Source: an uncultured Nitrospiraceae bacterium
GTDB lineage: Bacteria; Nitrospirota; Thermodesulfovibrionia; Thermodesulfovibrionales; SM23-35
Length of the DNA: 64,000 bases
Reading direction: 5' to 3'
NCBI GenBank assembly: GCA_963727775.1
Contig: CAVSHB010000004.1
Span: 160,001 to 224,000, forward strand
Below, piece by piece: positions 10,902 to 20,758 of this stretch; the stretch's first letter is position 1; every line of letters starts with the position of its first letter. Made by a program: the position numbers and the translations under genes. Under the pieces are notes generated by a model. That model saw only the letters and a program-made list of their open reading frames with translations. It did not search any database and was not told the DNA's origin.

Positions 10902-11864
10902 ATGAATGCTCTGGTAACAGGAGCTACAGGCTTTATAGGAAGCCATCTATGCGAAGCACTCATTCAGAGAGGTTACAAGGTTACCTGTCTGTCCAGAACT
11001 ACCTCCAACCTCAAATGGATCGAAAACCTCGATGTCAGGTTATGCAAAGGCGACTGCACCGATAGTAATTCGTTGCTCAGCGCAGTCGAGGACGCCGATT
11101 ACATCTTCCACCTCGCCGGACTTACAAAGGCGACTTCAGAGCATGATTTTTTCTGCATCAATGCAAAGGGCACGGAGAACCTGGTTAAGGCCGTCTCCGA
11201 CAGAAATCCGGGACTGAAAAGGTTTGTCTACTTGAGCAGTCTCGCCGCAGCAGGACCCAGCAGAGACGGATCACCCATACGTGAGGACACAAACCCCGCT
11301 CCGGTATCGAGCTACGGCAACAGCAAACTGGAAGGTGAAAAAGCGGTCTTGAGTTTTAAGAATTCGATCCCCGTGACCATACTCAGACCCCCGGCTGTAT
11401 ACGGGCCGAGAGACAGGGACATGCTTGTCATGTTCAGGATGATCAAAAAAGGGGTTTTCTTTGATCTGGGGAAATGTTATTATTCATTGCTTTATGTTGA
11501 TGACCTCATTCAGGGTATAATATTGTGTGCAGAAAACAAGAAGGCCGAAGGTAAGGTATACTTTTTATCGGACGCCAAATTTTATACAGGAGAGCAGATA
11601 GCGATGGAAATATGCTCCGCGCTTGATGTAAAAGCGCTGCCGCTGAAGGTTCCTAAATTCGCTATGCCCTTTTTTGCGTTTATAGGAGAAATAATCAACA
11701 AAAAGGGGATTATCAACAGAGACAGGATTAAAGATTTTAGACACTCGCGCTGGATATGCGATCCCCAAAAGGTGAGAGAGGAAATCGGCTTTATTCCAAA
11801 AGTTGGACTAAAGGAAGGGATAAAATGGACGGCAGATTGGTACAGGATTCACAGATGGCTGTAA
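10902..11864 (+). CDS. NAD-dependent epimerase/dehydratase (extended SDR); candidate oxo-ceramide/ketosphinganine reductase
   Basis: [23 protein letters not shown]; overlaps the following SPT-like gene. Confidence 0.75.
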   Translation: MNALVTGATGFIGSHLCEALIQRGYKVTCLSRTTSNLKWIENLDVRLCKGDCTDSNSLLSAVEDADYIFHLAGLTKATSEHDFFCINAKGTENLVKAVSDRNPGLKRFVYLSSLAAAGPSRDGSPIREDTNPAPVSSYGNSKLEGEKAVLSFKNSIPVTILRPPAVYGPRDRDMLVMFRMIKKGVFFDLGKCYYSLLYVDDLIQGIILCAENKKAEGKVYFLSDAKFYTGEQIAMEICSALDVKALPLKVPKFAMPFFAFIGEIINKKGIINRDRIKDFRHSRWICDPQKVREEIGFIPKVGLKEGIKWTADWYRIHRWL

Positions 11865-13054
11865 ACAAATCAACAGACTTATTTGATAAGTGTTTAAAAT
11901 TCCATAAGGCTAAGGACCTTATTTCCCATGGTTTGTATCCTTATTTCAGGACTATCGAAAGCGCCCAGGACCCGGAGATAGTCATGAACGGGCGCAAAAT
12001 GATTATGGTCGGATCGAACAATTACCTAGGACTTACGAGTCATCCGAAAGTCAAAGAGGCCGCGATTGAGGCAATAAAAAAATACGGTACCGGCTGCGCC
12101 GGTTCCAGGTTTCTCAACGGCACACTCGACATACACGTGCAGCTTGAAGAAAAGCTCGCCCGCTTTATGCGCAAAGAAGCCGCGCTTATCTTTTCCACCG
12201 GCTTCCAGGTCAACCTGGGCGTCATATCTTCCATTATCGGCAAAGACGACATTGCCGTAATCGACAAGATGGACCATGCGAGTATTATCGATGGCTGCAG
12301 GCTGTCCTTCGGCGATATCAAGAAATACCGGCACAACGACATGGGAGACCTCGAAAGACTTCTGAGTGAATACGAAGACAAAGACAAACTGGTAGTCGTC
12401 GACGGCGTTTTCAGTATGGAAGGCGACATCGCTCCCCTGCCGGAGATAATCACCCTTTCCAAAAAATACGGAGCGCGGTTGATGGTCGATGACGCTCACG
12501 GCATAGGGGTCCTCGGAAACACAGGGAGGGGCACGGCGGAGCATTTCGGGCTTGAAGACGAGGTAGATCTGATAATGGGTACGTACAGCAAATCCCTCGC
12601 TTCCATCGGAGGTTTTATTTCCGGATCCGCGGATGTTATCCATTATATAAAACATACCGCAAGGCCCTTGATATTCAGCGCAAGCCCTCCTCCGGCATCC
12701 GTCGCTTCTGTAAGCGCCGCCTTAGACATCATCGAGAATGAACCGGAAAGAAGAGAGCAACTGTGGAAAAACACTACAAAGATGCTGAACGGCTTTAAGG
12801 CACTAGGCTTTCAGACCGGCCACAGTGAGACCCCGATCATTCCCGTTATCGTAGGTGAAGATGAGAAGGCTTTTGTTATGGCCATAATGCTTCAGGACGA
12901 GGGAGTATTTGCCAATGCAACGGTCACCCCCGCAGTGCCTACCGGCATGGCCCTCATAAGGACGAGTTATATGGCTACCCATACTGATGAACATCTCGAT
13001 ATCGTGCTCAGCGCATTCGAGAAGATCGGGAGGAGACTGGGCATCATCGGATGA
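11855..13054 (+). CDS. spt: PLP-dependent alpha-oxoamine synthase, most likely serine palmitoyltransferase
   Basis: [47 protein letters not shown]; neighbours fit sphingolipid rather than biotin synthesis; start ATG 11855. Confidence 0.75.
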   Translation: MAVNKSTDLFDKCLKFHKAKDLISHGLYPYFRTIESAQDPEIVMNGRKMIMVGSNNYLGLTSHPKVKEAAIEAIKKYGTGCAGSRFLNGTLDIHVQLEEKLARFMRKEAALIFSTGFQVNLGVISSIIGKDDIAVIDKMDHASIIDGCRLSFGDIKKYRHNDMGDLERLLSEYEDKDKLVVVDGVFSMEGDIAPLPEIITLSKKYGARLMVDDAHGIGVLGNTGRGTAEHFGLEDEVDLIMGTYSKSLASIGGFISGSADVIHYIKHTARPLIFSASPPPASVASVSAALDIIENEPERREQLWKNTTKMLNGFKALGFQTGHSETPIIPVIVGEDEKAFVMAIMLQDEGVFANATVTPAVPTGMALIRTSYMATHTDEHLDIVLSAFEKIGRRLGIIG

Positions 13055-14157
13055 TTGAGGTTGTTGAGGTTAAAACCCGTAAAGACCTCGAAGCCTTTAT
13101 TAAAGTGCCCTTCTCTCTCTATGCAAAGGACAGGTTCTACGTACCTCCTCTCATAAAAGAGCTGCGCAAACACTTTTCAGATGAGAACCCCTTCTTTCAC
13201 CACTCAAAGGTAAGATATTTCCTCGCAAAAAAAGGCGGCAAGATCGAGGGAAGAATCGTATCGATAGTCAATCAACAGCATATCGAGTTTCATAAGGAAA
13301 AGGCCGGGTTCTTCGGCTTCTTCGAAACGTCAAATGATTATGAAATCGCCTCAGCCCTTCTTGACACGGCTTCTAAAGCGCTCAGAGAAGAAGGTATGGA
13401 TATCATGCGGGGACCTATGAATTTCTCTACAAACGAGGAGTGTGGTTTTCTGATAGAAGGTTCTGATAGTCCTCCCATGCTCATGATGCCCTATAATCCT
13501 ATCTATTACAATACCCTTATGGAAAGATGCGGGATGGAGAAGGCAAAAGACCTATATGCATATATCCTTGACATGCCTGAAGAACCCCCGAAAAAAATCC
13601 TCAGGGTCGCGGGAATAGCAGAAAAAACCGGGATAAGCGCCAGACCGCTCGACAAGAAGAATTTCGATTCCGACATGAAAGTATTTCAGGCGGTATATAA
13701 TTCGGCTTGGGGAAAAAACTGGGGTTTTATACCGCTGGATAACGACGAACTCGCCTATATGGGCAAAAACTTAAAGCCCGTTATAGTCCCGGAGCTGACA
13801 TGGATTGCGGAAAAAGACGGTACCCCCGTAGGCTTCCTCGGATTATTGCCTGATTTCAACTTCGTTCTGAAACACATGAACGGTAAGATAAACCCTTTAA
13901 GTTTGATTAAAGCGCTTTACTATTCAAAAAGTATAAAAGACCTCAGACTCCTCCTTCTCGGCATTAAAGCCGAATACAGAAACAAAGGCGTTGACGCCCT
14001 ACTCTTCCGTGAAGGGTTCTATAAAGTGAAAAAAGGGGGATACAAACGGGTCGAATTCTCCTGGATACTCGAAGACAATATCCCGACCCAGAGGCTCGTT
14101 GAGATGATCGGCGGAAAGCTATACAAGAAATACCGGATTTATGAAAAGAGTTTATGA
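13051..14157 (+). CDS. GNAT-fold acyltransferase, bacterial ceramide synthase (bCerS/YghO)-like
   Basis: [48 protein letters not shown] overlap with spt. Confidence 0.72.
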   Translation: MIEVVEVKTRKDLEAFIKVPFSLYAKDRFYVPPLIKELRKHFSDENPFFHHSKVRYFLAKKGGKIEGRIVSIVNQQHIEFHKEKAGFFGFFETSNDYEIASALLDTASKALREEGMDIMRGPMNFSTNEECGFLIEGSDSPPMLMMPYNPIYYNTLMERCGMEKAKDLYAYILDMPEEPPKKILRVAGIAEKTGISARPLDKKNFDSDMKVFQAVYNSAWGKNWGFIPLDNDELAYMGKNLKPVIVPELTWIAEKDGTPVGFLGLLPDFNFVLKHMNGKINPLSLIKALYYSKSIKDLRLLLLGIKAEYRNKGVDALLFREGFYKVKKGGYKRVEFSWILEDNIPTQRLVEMIGGKLYKKYRIYEKSL

Positions 14158-14188
14158 AAGATCCCCTGTCTGAGTTTTTTCAGGTCTG

Positions 14189-14401
14189 CTAAGCCGCTCT
14201 CTTTTTATTCATGCCTCTGGTGCTGAACTCGAGTTTTGATGATTTGGACTTTTCAACGGGGTCGATTCCAGTGCACGCCAGGCAGATTTCATCAATATTG
14301 TTTTCAGCCCTTTTCTTGCAGAAATCCGGGTTATTGAATTTGCATTCATATTTTATGCACAAGAAACCCGACGGGATTTTCTCTCTGAACTTATGTGTCA
14401 T
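14189..14401 (-). CDS. Small Cys-rich hypothetical protein
   Basis: 70 aa with five Cys including CLAC; GAGGT RBS upstream of ATG. Confidence 0.45.
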   Translation of the reverse strand: MTHKFREKIPSGFLCIKYECKFNNPDFCKKRAENNIDEICLACTGIDPVEKSKSSKLEFSTRGMNKKRAA

Positions 14402-14566
14402 GGTCTACCTCTTAATTTATTCAATAATTTTATGATTTATTATAAATAACTTTTTCTGGTTATTTCAAGGTCATTTTGTATTCTGTCAAGTTGCATTCCT
14501 GGCATCCGCACTTATGATATACTTTCAGATTGAATATTTTAAATTACATAGTGGGAGAGGCAAACA

Positions 14567-15247
14567 ATGACCGGACTTAAAACTGAAAAAGCGCTTTTTA
14601 CGTGGAGCGGCGGCAAAGACAGTACTATGGCCCTGCATGACCTGCAGATAAGTCATGGCTATGAGATAGCAGCATTATTGACAACAATAACAGAGGATTA
14701 TGACAGAGTCAGCATGCACGGTGTGCGTCGGGTTTTACTGGAACAGCAGGCGGAATCTTTAGGAATCCCTCTTGAGAAAGTTTTTATCTCGAGAAACGCT
14801 TCTAATGAAGAATTTGAGAATAAAATAGAAGTTGTCCTTGGAAAATATCTGGCGCTTGGGGTATCCTCCGTGGTTTTTGGCGACATCTTTTTAGAAGATT
14901 TAAGAAGGTATCGTGAGAACAATCTTTTGAAGTCGGGGATGAAGCCACTTTTTCCTGTTTGGAAAAGGGACACCGCTGAACTTGCCCGGACATTCATAGG
15001 TTTAGGATTTAAAGCTGTTATTACCTGTGTTGATTCGAATGTCCTTGGAAAGAATTTTGTCGGCAGGGAATTTAACGAGCAATTTTTAGCCGAACTCCCT
15101 TCACCAACAGATCCCTGCGGTGAAAATGGAGAATTTCATTCATTTGTATATGACGGACCTTTATTTCATCAAAGGATATCACATAAAAAGGGGGATGTTA
15201 TTTTGAGGGACAACCGTTTTTTCTATTGTGATTTGATCCCCGCCTGA
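14567..15247 (+). CDS. PP-loop ATP-binding protein, Dph6/MJ0570 family
   Basis: WSGGKDS, VFGDIF, DPCGENGEFHSFV. Confidence 0.88.
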   Translation: MTGLKTEKALFTWSGGKDSTMALHDLQISHGYEIAALLTTITEDYDRVSMHGVRRVLLEQQAESLGIPLEKVFISRNASNEEFENKIEVVLGKYLALGVSSVVFGDIFLEDLRRYRENNLLKSGMKPLFPVWKRDTAELARTFIGLGFKAVITCVDSNVLGKNFVGREFNEQFLAELPSPTDPCGENGEFHSFVYDGPLFHQRISHKKGDVILRDNRFFYCDLIPA

Positions 15248-15654
15248 TATAAGACTTCCTGCATGTCCTGCACCCTGTGCATATTCCGGTGAAACCTGCC
15301 ACCTATTCCGGGAAATCTGCCACCATTTCCGACGAGAGCCTGCATAGAGGCCGGGGATATCTTGACACCGCGAATTATGTTTGGTCCGCCCCGTAATACG
15401 CACAGCTCGTTTGTGGATATCATCTACTTATCCGCACTTTCAAAACATTGCAATTCCATGAAGAGTACGTTCGGAAATTAAGCCCGTTGGAAAAACCTGA
15501 GGACATTTGTTTCAGCCATTATGTAGAGTTCCCCGTTATGTGAAGTAGTAACCTTAACTCCTCATTAAATAAGTATTCTGCCAAAATTTACTCCACATAA
15601 TAATAAGTTGATAATAGATATACTCCTCACTGAAATATCTAAATTAATGAGGAG

Positions 15655-16593
15655 GTGCATATGGTTGTGTCTCAAGAGCAAAAGGAATGTATCTGCGTTG
15701 GGGCGTACCAATCGAAGCTGCTCAGTGAGTATCTGGATTTCTTGTTCAAGCATCGGGGCATTTCAGAAAAGACCATCCGTTTTCGAAGGAATGATGTTGG
15801 GCCTTTTCTGAGATCACTGAGACTACAAAATGATTCGGAAGATATCGGGAAGATATCAGGAAAGGAGATTCACGATTACGTTATCAAGACGGCTAAACAC
15901 ATGAACCGTCCAAGTCAAAAACATGTTGTTACATCAATTCGAAGCTTCTTAAAGTTTTGCCATTTCAAAGGATATGTCCATCAAAACCTTACAGACGCTG
16001 TCCCAGTTATTGTAACCCCCAAATTAGGGAGAGTTCCTCGCAGTATCCCATGGGAGTCTGTCGAAAAACTTCTTGATAGTACCGATCGTGAAACTCATCG
16101 TGGCAGAAGGACTTATGCAGTATTACAACTATTGGCGACATATGGGGTGCGAATAGGTCAGGTAGTAAAACTCCTGTTGCAGGACATAAACTGGCGTAAA
16201 GGCTTAATCCATATTCAGCCGAGCAAGGGCGGTAACCCTTTAACTTTCCCTCTTTACCCAAAGGTTGCAGATGCGCTGCTTGCCTATATACGGGAAACAC
16301 GTGGTAAGGCTACCTATCCAGAAGTGTTTCTTACTATTGATAACCTTATGCCTCTGAGGGCCGTTGCTCTTTCGGTCTTAATGCAGAGATTTTTCCGTAG
16401 TGCAGGTATCGCTGCGAGTGCACATGCCATACGGCATGCCTTTGCGACACGACTGATGGAACATGAAACCCCTATCAAGACGATAGCTGATTTGTTGGGG
16501 CATAAATCTATAAACACCACCTTCATCTATACAAAAGTCGATCTCAAACACCTTCGTCTTGTGGCGTGTGAATGGCTGGAGGTTTTGTCATGA
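15655..16593 (+). CDS. Tyrosine recombinase, RIT element first subunit-like
   Basis: GVRIG, HAIRHAF, LLGH, TFIY catalytic set; GGAGG RBS; ATGA coupling to the next recombinase. Confidence 0.88.
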   Translation: MHMVVSQEQKECICVGAYQSKLLSEYLDFLFKHRGISEKTIRFRRNDVGPFLRSLRLQNDSEDIGKISGKEIHDYVIKTAKHMNRPSQKHVVTSIRSFLKFCHFKGYVHQNLTDAVPVIVTPKLGRVPRSIPWESVEKLLDSTDRETHRGRRTYAVLQLLATYGVRIGQVVKLLLQDINWRKGLIHIQPSKGGNPLTFPLYPKVADALLAYIRETRGKATYPEVFLTIDNLMPLRAVALSVLMQRFFRSAGIAASAHAIRHAFATRLMEHETPIKTIADLLGHKSINTTFIYTKVDLKHLRLVACEWLEVLS

Positions 16594-17087
16594 AAAAACT
16601 ATCAAACGGACCATTCAGTATTTTTATTAACCAATATCTGCAGCTGCGCCGGTCACTTGGCCGTATTCTTAAAGACGCCGAGTACACCCTGAATAAATTC
16701 AATTTCTATTTAGCCCGATACTTTCCAGATGCGAAAACTGTGACGAAGCCAATGATAGTCAGCTACCTTCAAGCGGCCAAACACCTGCATGCATCTACCT
16801 TATATCTTCGGTTTATACATTTGCGCCAGTTCTGCCGGTTCCTATTTCAGCTCAACCCGGATAATTACGTTCCAGAATCAAGATTGATTAAACGAGGGCC
16901 AACTATCAGACCGCCCCATATCTATACGACTGAAGAGGCAATGAAATTGATCAGGTTGGCAAGAATGCTTAATCCTCGTGGTTCATTGCGCCCCCACACC
17001 TATAGCACATTGATTTCGCTTTTGTGGGTATCCGGCCTGCGGATTAGAGAAGCTCTGAAGCTGAATTTAGAAGACGTTTTGTGCTAA
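16590..17087 (+). pseudogene. Truncated second RIT tyrosine recombinase
   Basis: PHIYT, LRPHTY, SGLRIREAL, then cut at 17080 by the IS end; lacks HxxR/H/Y. Confidence 0.85.
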
Positions 17088-17164
17088 CGACCAGATAATG
17101 ATACCAAAGATTTGAGGAAATAGGGTGACACTCCAAGTTTAGGTTAACGAAAGGAGTGTCATAG

Positions 17165-18727
17165 ATGGAACCAGCAGAGGGTGTACAAAAGAGCAGTACA
17201 AAGAGGAAGTTTCCGAAGCGAAGCAATCGTTACGGGCCCGATTTCAAGCTTCAAATAGTCAAGAAGTACGTTGAGGAGAGCGTTCCCGTTCCGGTGATCC
17301 GGCAGGAATGCGGAGTGAGCAGTAATTCGGTAAGACGCTGGGTACGTGCCTATCGTCGTGAGGGCGAAGCCGGACTATCGATGAGGTACACCGGTAAGGG
17401 ACGCAGCCTTCCCACTCCAGTGAAAGAGAAGATCGTCGAAATCAAAGAAGGCAACCCGCTTTTCGGTATCAAGCGCATTTCGCAACTATTAAAGAGAGTG
17501 TTTTTCCTTTCCGCCAGCCCTGAGACGGTCCGTAAGACACTGCATGAATCATCCCTCATGACGGCCCCACCCAAGAAGCGGCAGCGTAATATTACCCGTC
17601 CCCGGTTTTTCGAGCGATCAACACCGAACCAGCTTTGGCAGACGGATATCTTTACGTTTCGACTTGGGGGCCGCTATGCGTTTCTGATCGGCTATATAGA
17701 CGATTATTCCCGCTACATAACGGGGCTTGAGCTTTTCCGCAGCCAAACGGCGCAGAATGTTATAGAGGTATACCGTCGGGCGGCCTCCGAGTACAACCCG
17801 CCCAAAGAGATGCTTACGGATAATGGGCGGCAGTATACGAGCTGGCGCGGCAACAGCCGCTTCGAACTGGAGTTAAAGAAAGACAAAATCCACCACATCA
17901 AATCGCAGCCTCACCACCCGATGACATTAGGGAAGATAGAGCGATTCTGGAAGACGATTTTTCTGGAGTTCCTAAGCCGAGCCCAGTTCGGTAGCTTTGA
18001 AGATGCGGTTGAGCGGATACGTCAGTGGGTGAAGTATTACAACCATAAAAGGCCGCATCAGGGTATCGGCGGCTTGTGTCCCGCAGACCGGTATTTTGAG
18101 ATCCAGAGCGAGCTTAGAAAGACCATCGAGCAGGGCATCCAGGACAACCTCCTTGAGATGGCGCTAAGGGGCAAGCCGCGCCTGCCGTTTTACATGGTGG
18201 GCCGGATGGAGGGGCAGTCGGTGGTGCTGCGTGCGGAAAAGGGCAGGCTGAGGTTGTCGGTTGACGCCGAAAACGACGACATTACGCAGGAAGTAGTTTA
18301 CAATCTAAATGAGAAAGGACATGACAATGGAGAAGACGGAGAAGATAAAGAGCGAGAAGAAGCGGCAGCCGATGAACTACGGGGCAATGGAAAAGTGCAA
18401 GGCGGTACTGTCTGTATGGACGGAGAGGCGCAGACCGGCGGAGATATGCCGGGAGCTGTCGATCCCCTGGATGGCGCTTGCGCACTGGCAGAGGCGGGCG
18501 ATGGAGGGGATGCTCCAGGCGCTGGAGCCGAGGGTGAGCCTGGACAGGGGGCCAGCGCTTTCTCCCCGCTTGCAGGCGTTGCTGGAGAAGAAGCGTCTGA
18601 CGCTCTTGACGAGCACAGTGCAGGGCAGACTGGAAAGGACGCTATCAAAGGCACAGGAAGCAAGGAAAGCGGAGACGCCTCAGTCGAAGGAGATAAAACC
18701 CTCCGGCGAAGCCTTGCGGAAAACTGA
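17165..18727 (+). CDS. IS481/rve-family DDE transposase with acidic C-terminal tail
   Basis: N-terminal HTH; WQTD, DDYSR, TDNG, GKIERF, YNHKRPH. Confidence 0.88.
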   Translation: MEPAEGVQKSSTKRKFPKRSNRYGPDFKLQIVKKYVEESVPVPVIRQECGVSSNSVRRWVRAYRREGEAGLSMRYTGKGRSLPTPVKEKIVEIKEGNPLFGIKRISQLLKRVFFLSASPETVRKTLHESSLMTAPPKKRQRNITRPRFFERSTPNQLWQTDIFTFRLGGRYAFLIGYIDDYSRYITGLELFRSQTAQNVIEVYRRAASEYNPPKEMLTDNGRQYTSWRGNSRFELELKKDKIHHIKSQPHHPMTLGKIERFWKTIFLEFLSRAQFGSFEDAVERIRQWVKYYNHKRPHQGIGGLCPADRYFEIQSELRKTIEQGIQDNLLEMALRGKPRLPFYMVGRMEGQSVVLRAEKGRLRLSVDAENDDITQEVVYNLNEKGHDNGEDGEDKEREEAAADELRGNGKVQGGTVCMDGEAQTGGDMPGAVDPLDGACALAEAGDGGDAPGAGAEGEPGQGASAFSPLAGVAGEEASDALDEHSAGQTGKDAIKGTGSKESGDASVEGDKTLRRSLAEN

Positions 18728-18737
18728 GAAACCGTAG
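18327..18737 (+). CDS. Small HTH protein overlapping the transposase tail out of frame
   Basis: AAAGGA RBS; KCKAVLSVW...AEICRELSIPW..LAHWQ HTH-like; basic. Confidence 0.6.
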   Translation: MEKTEKIKSEKKRQPMNYGAMEKCKAVLSVWTERRRPAEICRELSIPWMALAHWQRRAMEGMLQALEPRVSLDRGPALSPRLQALLEKKRLTLLTSTVQGRLERTLSKAQEARKAETPQSKEIKPSGEALRKTEKP

Positions 18738-18881
18738 CGTAGAGACATCCTAATAATGGGGCAAGGCAGAAAACGGGTGATGGTTAAATATGGACCGAGT
18801 TGAGAAAATCGATTGTAGGGCTTCTGAGGAAGGCGATTTTCTCTCAATCCGAAGATTTTTAGTTGTTAAAGGGAGTGTGCT

Positions 18882-19268
18882 ATGAGCGACTCAAAGGATA
18901 AGGAGCGTGCCCGCCAAAGAGCAGCGGTGGTGTTTGCCGTGCGCAGCGGCCAGATAACAGCCGAGGAGGGTGCGCGCCGACTGGGCGTGTCCCGCAAGAC
19001 CTACTACGAATGGGAAAGCCGGGCATTACAGGCGATGACAGAAGCCATGGAAAACAAATCTGCCGGCAGACCGAACATGCCGCAGGACGAGGAGAAGCAG
19101 CGTTTACAGGAGGAGGTTACCGAACTCCGGAAGAAGTTGTTTGTCGCTGAAAAGACGGTAGAAGTGCGGGATATGTTGCATGCGTATGAGTTGCAGAATG
19201 CCGGTGATAAGAAAAGCGTCCCGACAAATCGGGAGGAAAAAAAACGAAAGCAAAGGAAGAAACGATAA
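18882..19268 (+). CDS. HTH/coiled-coil OrfA-like protein
   Basis: TAEEGARRLGVSRKTYYEWE HTH; A-run slippery site near 3' end. Confidence 0.75.
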   Translation: MSDSKDKERARQRAAVVFAVRSGQITAEEGARRLGVSRKTYYEWESRALQAMTEAMENKSAGRPNMPQDEEKQRLQEEVTELRKKLFVAEKTVEVRDMLHAYELQNAGDKKSVPTNREEKKRKQRKKR

Positions 19269-19273
19269 CTCGT

Positions 19274-20317
19274 ATGCTTGCCATGATTGACCAGATCAGG
19301 GAGAGGACCGGGATGCCCTACAGAGCGATCTGCTATGCCGTAAGACTGCCCTACCCGAGTTTTATGCGGTGGCGCATACGGCGCAAAAAAGATACGCCCT
19401 TGGTGCGGCAACCTGGTCCTCCCAAGGTCAAGCCACCGGATTTTGGCAAGATTGAGCAGGATATAGCACAGTTATCTCACGGGCACAATCGCACGCAGGG
19501 AACCGGGGCGTTATATGTTCGCTACGGATCCACCGTATCAAGGCGGAAGCTGCATACAATGGTAGCAATGGCGCGGCACGATCTCAATACCTACCATCGT
19601 CAGAATCTGCGGCGCATCCGCTGGAACGTGCCGAACGTCGCCTGGTCCATGGACCCCTGCGAATACGAACAGCGTGACGCAACTGGTGCAAAGGTATACC
19701 TGAACCAGATGCAAGATCTCGCGTCACGCTATAAGTTTAATCCCATGACGGGAGAAGTTCCCTGCGGCGAAGAGATATCCGGCTATCTTGCGGCAACCTT
19801 CAATCGGTTTGGAGCACCCCTGTTCCTAAAACGGGACAATGGAGGTAACCTCAATCATGCAGCTGTCAATGACGTGCTTGCCGATTATTTTGTCCTACCG
19901 GTGAATAGCCCGGTCCATTATCCGCCTTATAACGGTGCGATCGAAGAGGCGCAAACCGAGCTGAAAAATGGGCTTGCCGCTAAGCTCTCGTACAGGCCCT
20001 TTTGCCCACGAGAACACATAGAGGCATACGCCTCGACGGTTGAGCATGATCTTAATCACCAACCTCGTCCGTGCTTGAACGGTAACAACGCCTGCAGGGT
20101 GTACTTCATCGGAAAAAGAGCTTTTTCCAAATGGGAAAGGAGGGATGCCTATGTTTGGATAACGACCTTGCAGAGTGATATACTTTGCAGTGAAGGGGTT
20201 CAGCCCCAGGCGGCTTGGCGCATCGCCGTGGAGGCATGGCTGAACATGAAAGGCTTTATTACGATTACGATTAATGGAAAAGTGTTACCCAATTTTTTCT
20301 CATTTCGGTATCATTAA
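19274..20317 (+). CDS. Second integrase-core (DDE) transposase, OrfB-like
   Basis: WSMD, QDLASRY, KRDNG, YNGAIE. Confidence 0.78.
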   Translation: MLAMIDQIRERTGMPYRAICYAVRLPYPSFMRWRIRRKKDTPLVRQPGPPKVKPPDFGKIEQDIAQLSHGHNRTQGTGALYVRYGSTVSRRKLHTMVAMARHDLNTYHRQNLRRIRWNVPNVAWSMDPCEYEQRDATGAKVYLNQMQDLASRYKFNPMTGEVPCGEEISGYLAATFNRFGAPLFLKRDNGGNLNHAAVNDVLADYFVLPVNSPVHYPPYNGAIEEAQTELKNGLAAKLSYRPFCPREHIEAYASTVEHDLNHQPRPCLNGNNACRVYFIGKRAFSKWERRDAYVWITTLQSDILCSEGVQPQAAWRIAVEAWLNMKGFITITINGKVLPNFFSFRYH

Positions 20318-20332
20318 CTCTTGGCGTGCACA

Positions 20333-20479
20333 AGTACTACGAAGAACGATATCGGCAGCGTGTAGTCTATAACTTGAACAAAAAAGCTGCCGCCATGGGT
20401 TTCGTTCTCATGCCAGCGGGAGAAAGGACTGTTGAAATATAATCGACATCTGCTGCTACAAGAGTTTGTTTCTTGAGAG
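20333..20479 (+). pseudogene. 3' remnant of an IS110-family transposase and its right end
   Basis: YYEERYRQRVVYNLNKKAAAMGFVLMP...stop (20442) resembles the IS110 C-terminus; followed by GTTTCTTGAGAG. Confidence 0.6.
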
Positions 20480-20758
20480 GTGCATGAAGCATTTCAGGTG
20501 ATCTGTTTAGTATATCAAGTATAGGGAGAACTAAACGCCACTTTTAAATTCTCGAATCCGTTTGTTAGGAATGGCTATACTCCTCAGATATCAAGAAGTG
20601 AAACTCGCGTTGATTACAGGGAGTACATCTCCGTGCATGTTTAGGATCGAAGTCGAGACTTTCCCCTGCAGAGTGGCAGGTTTGTTTCGGAACAGGTGGC
20701 AGGATTGGATCGGAATCTGCACCCTGCAGTTAAGCTGTGATATTAATATAAAGCAGTG

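Larger units (their letters stand above)
17080..20332 (+). mobile_element. IS481-like multi-ORF element (TGT...ACA ends) with two DDE transposase modules
   Basis: About 52-bp imperfect IRs: TGTGC-N11-TAATGATACC...AGGGTGACACT vs TGTGC-N11-TAATGATACC...TGGGTAACACT; no target duplication. Confidence 0.8.
15278..20721. mobile_element. Composite element bounded by IS21-like ends, with no IstA/IstB inside
   Basis: Left end TGCATATTCCGGTGAAACCTGCCACCTATTCCGG; right end (reverse complement) TGCAGATTCCGATCCAATCCTGCCACCTGTTCCG; repeated CTGCCAC boxes; target duplication CCCTG at 15273-15277 and 20722-20726. Confidence 0.8.

Noticed and set aside
11855..13054. Calling this gene bioF or kbl
   Set aside because: No bio or tdh neighbours; coupling to a bCerS-like GNAT and an SDR favours SPT, though not proven.
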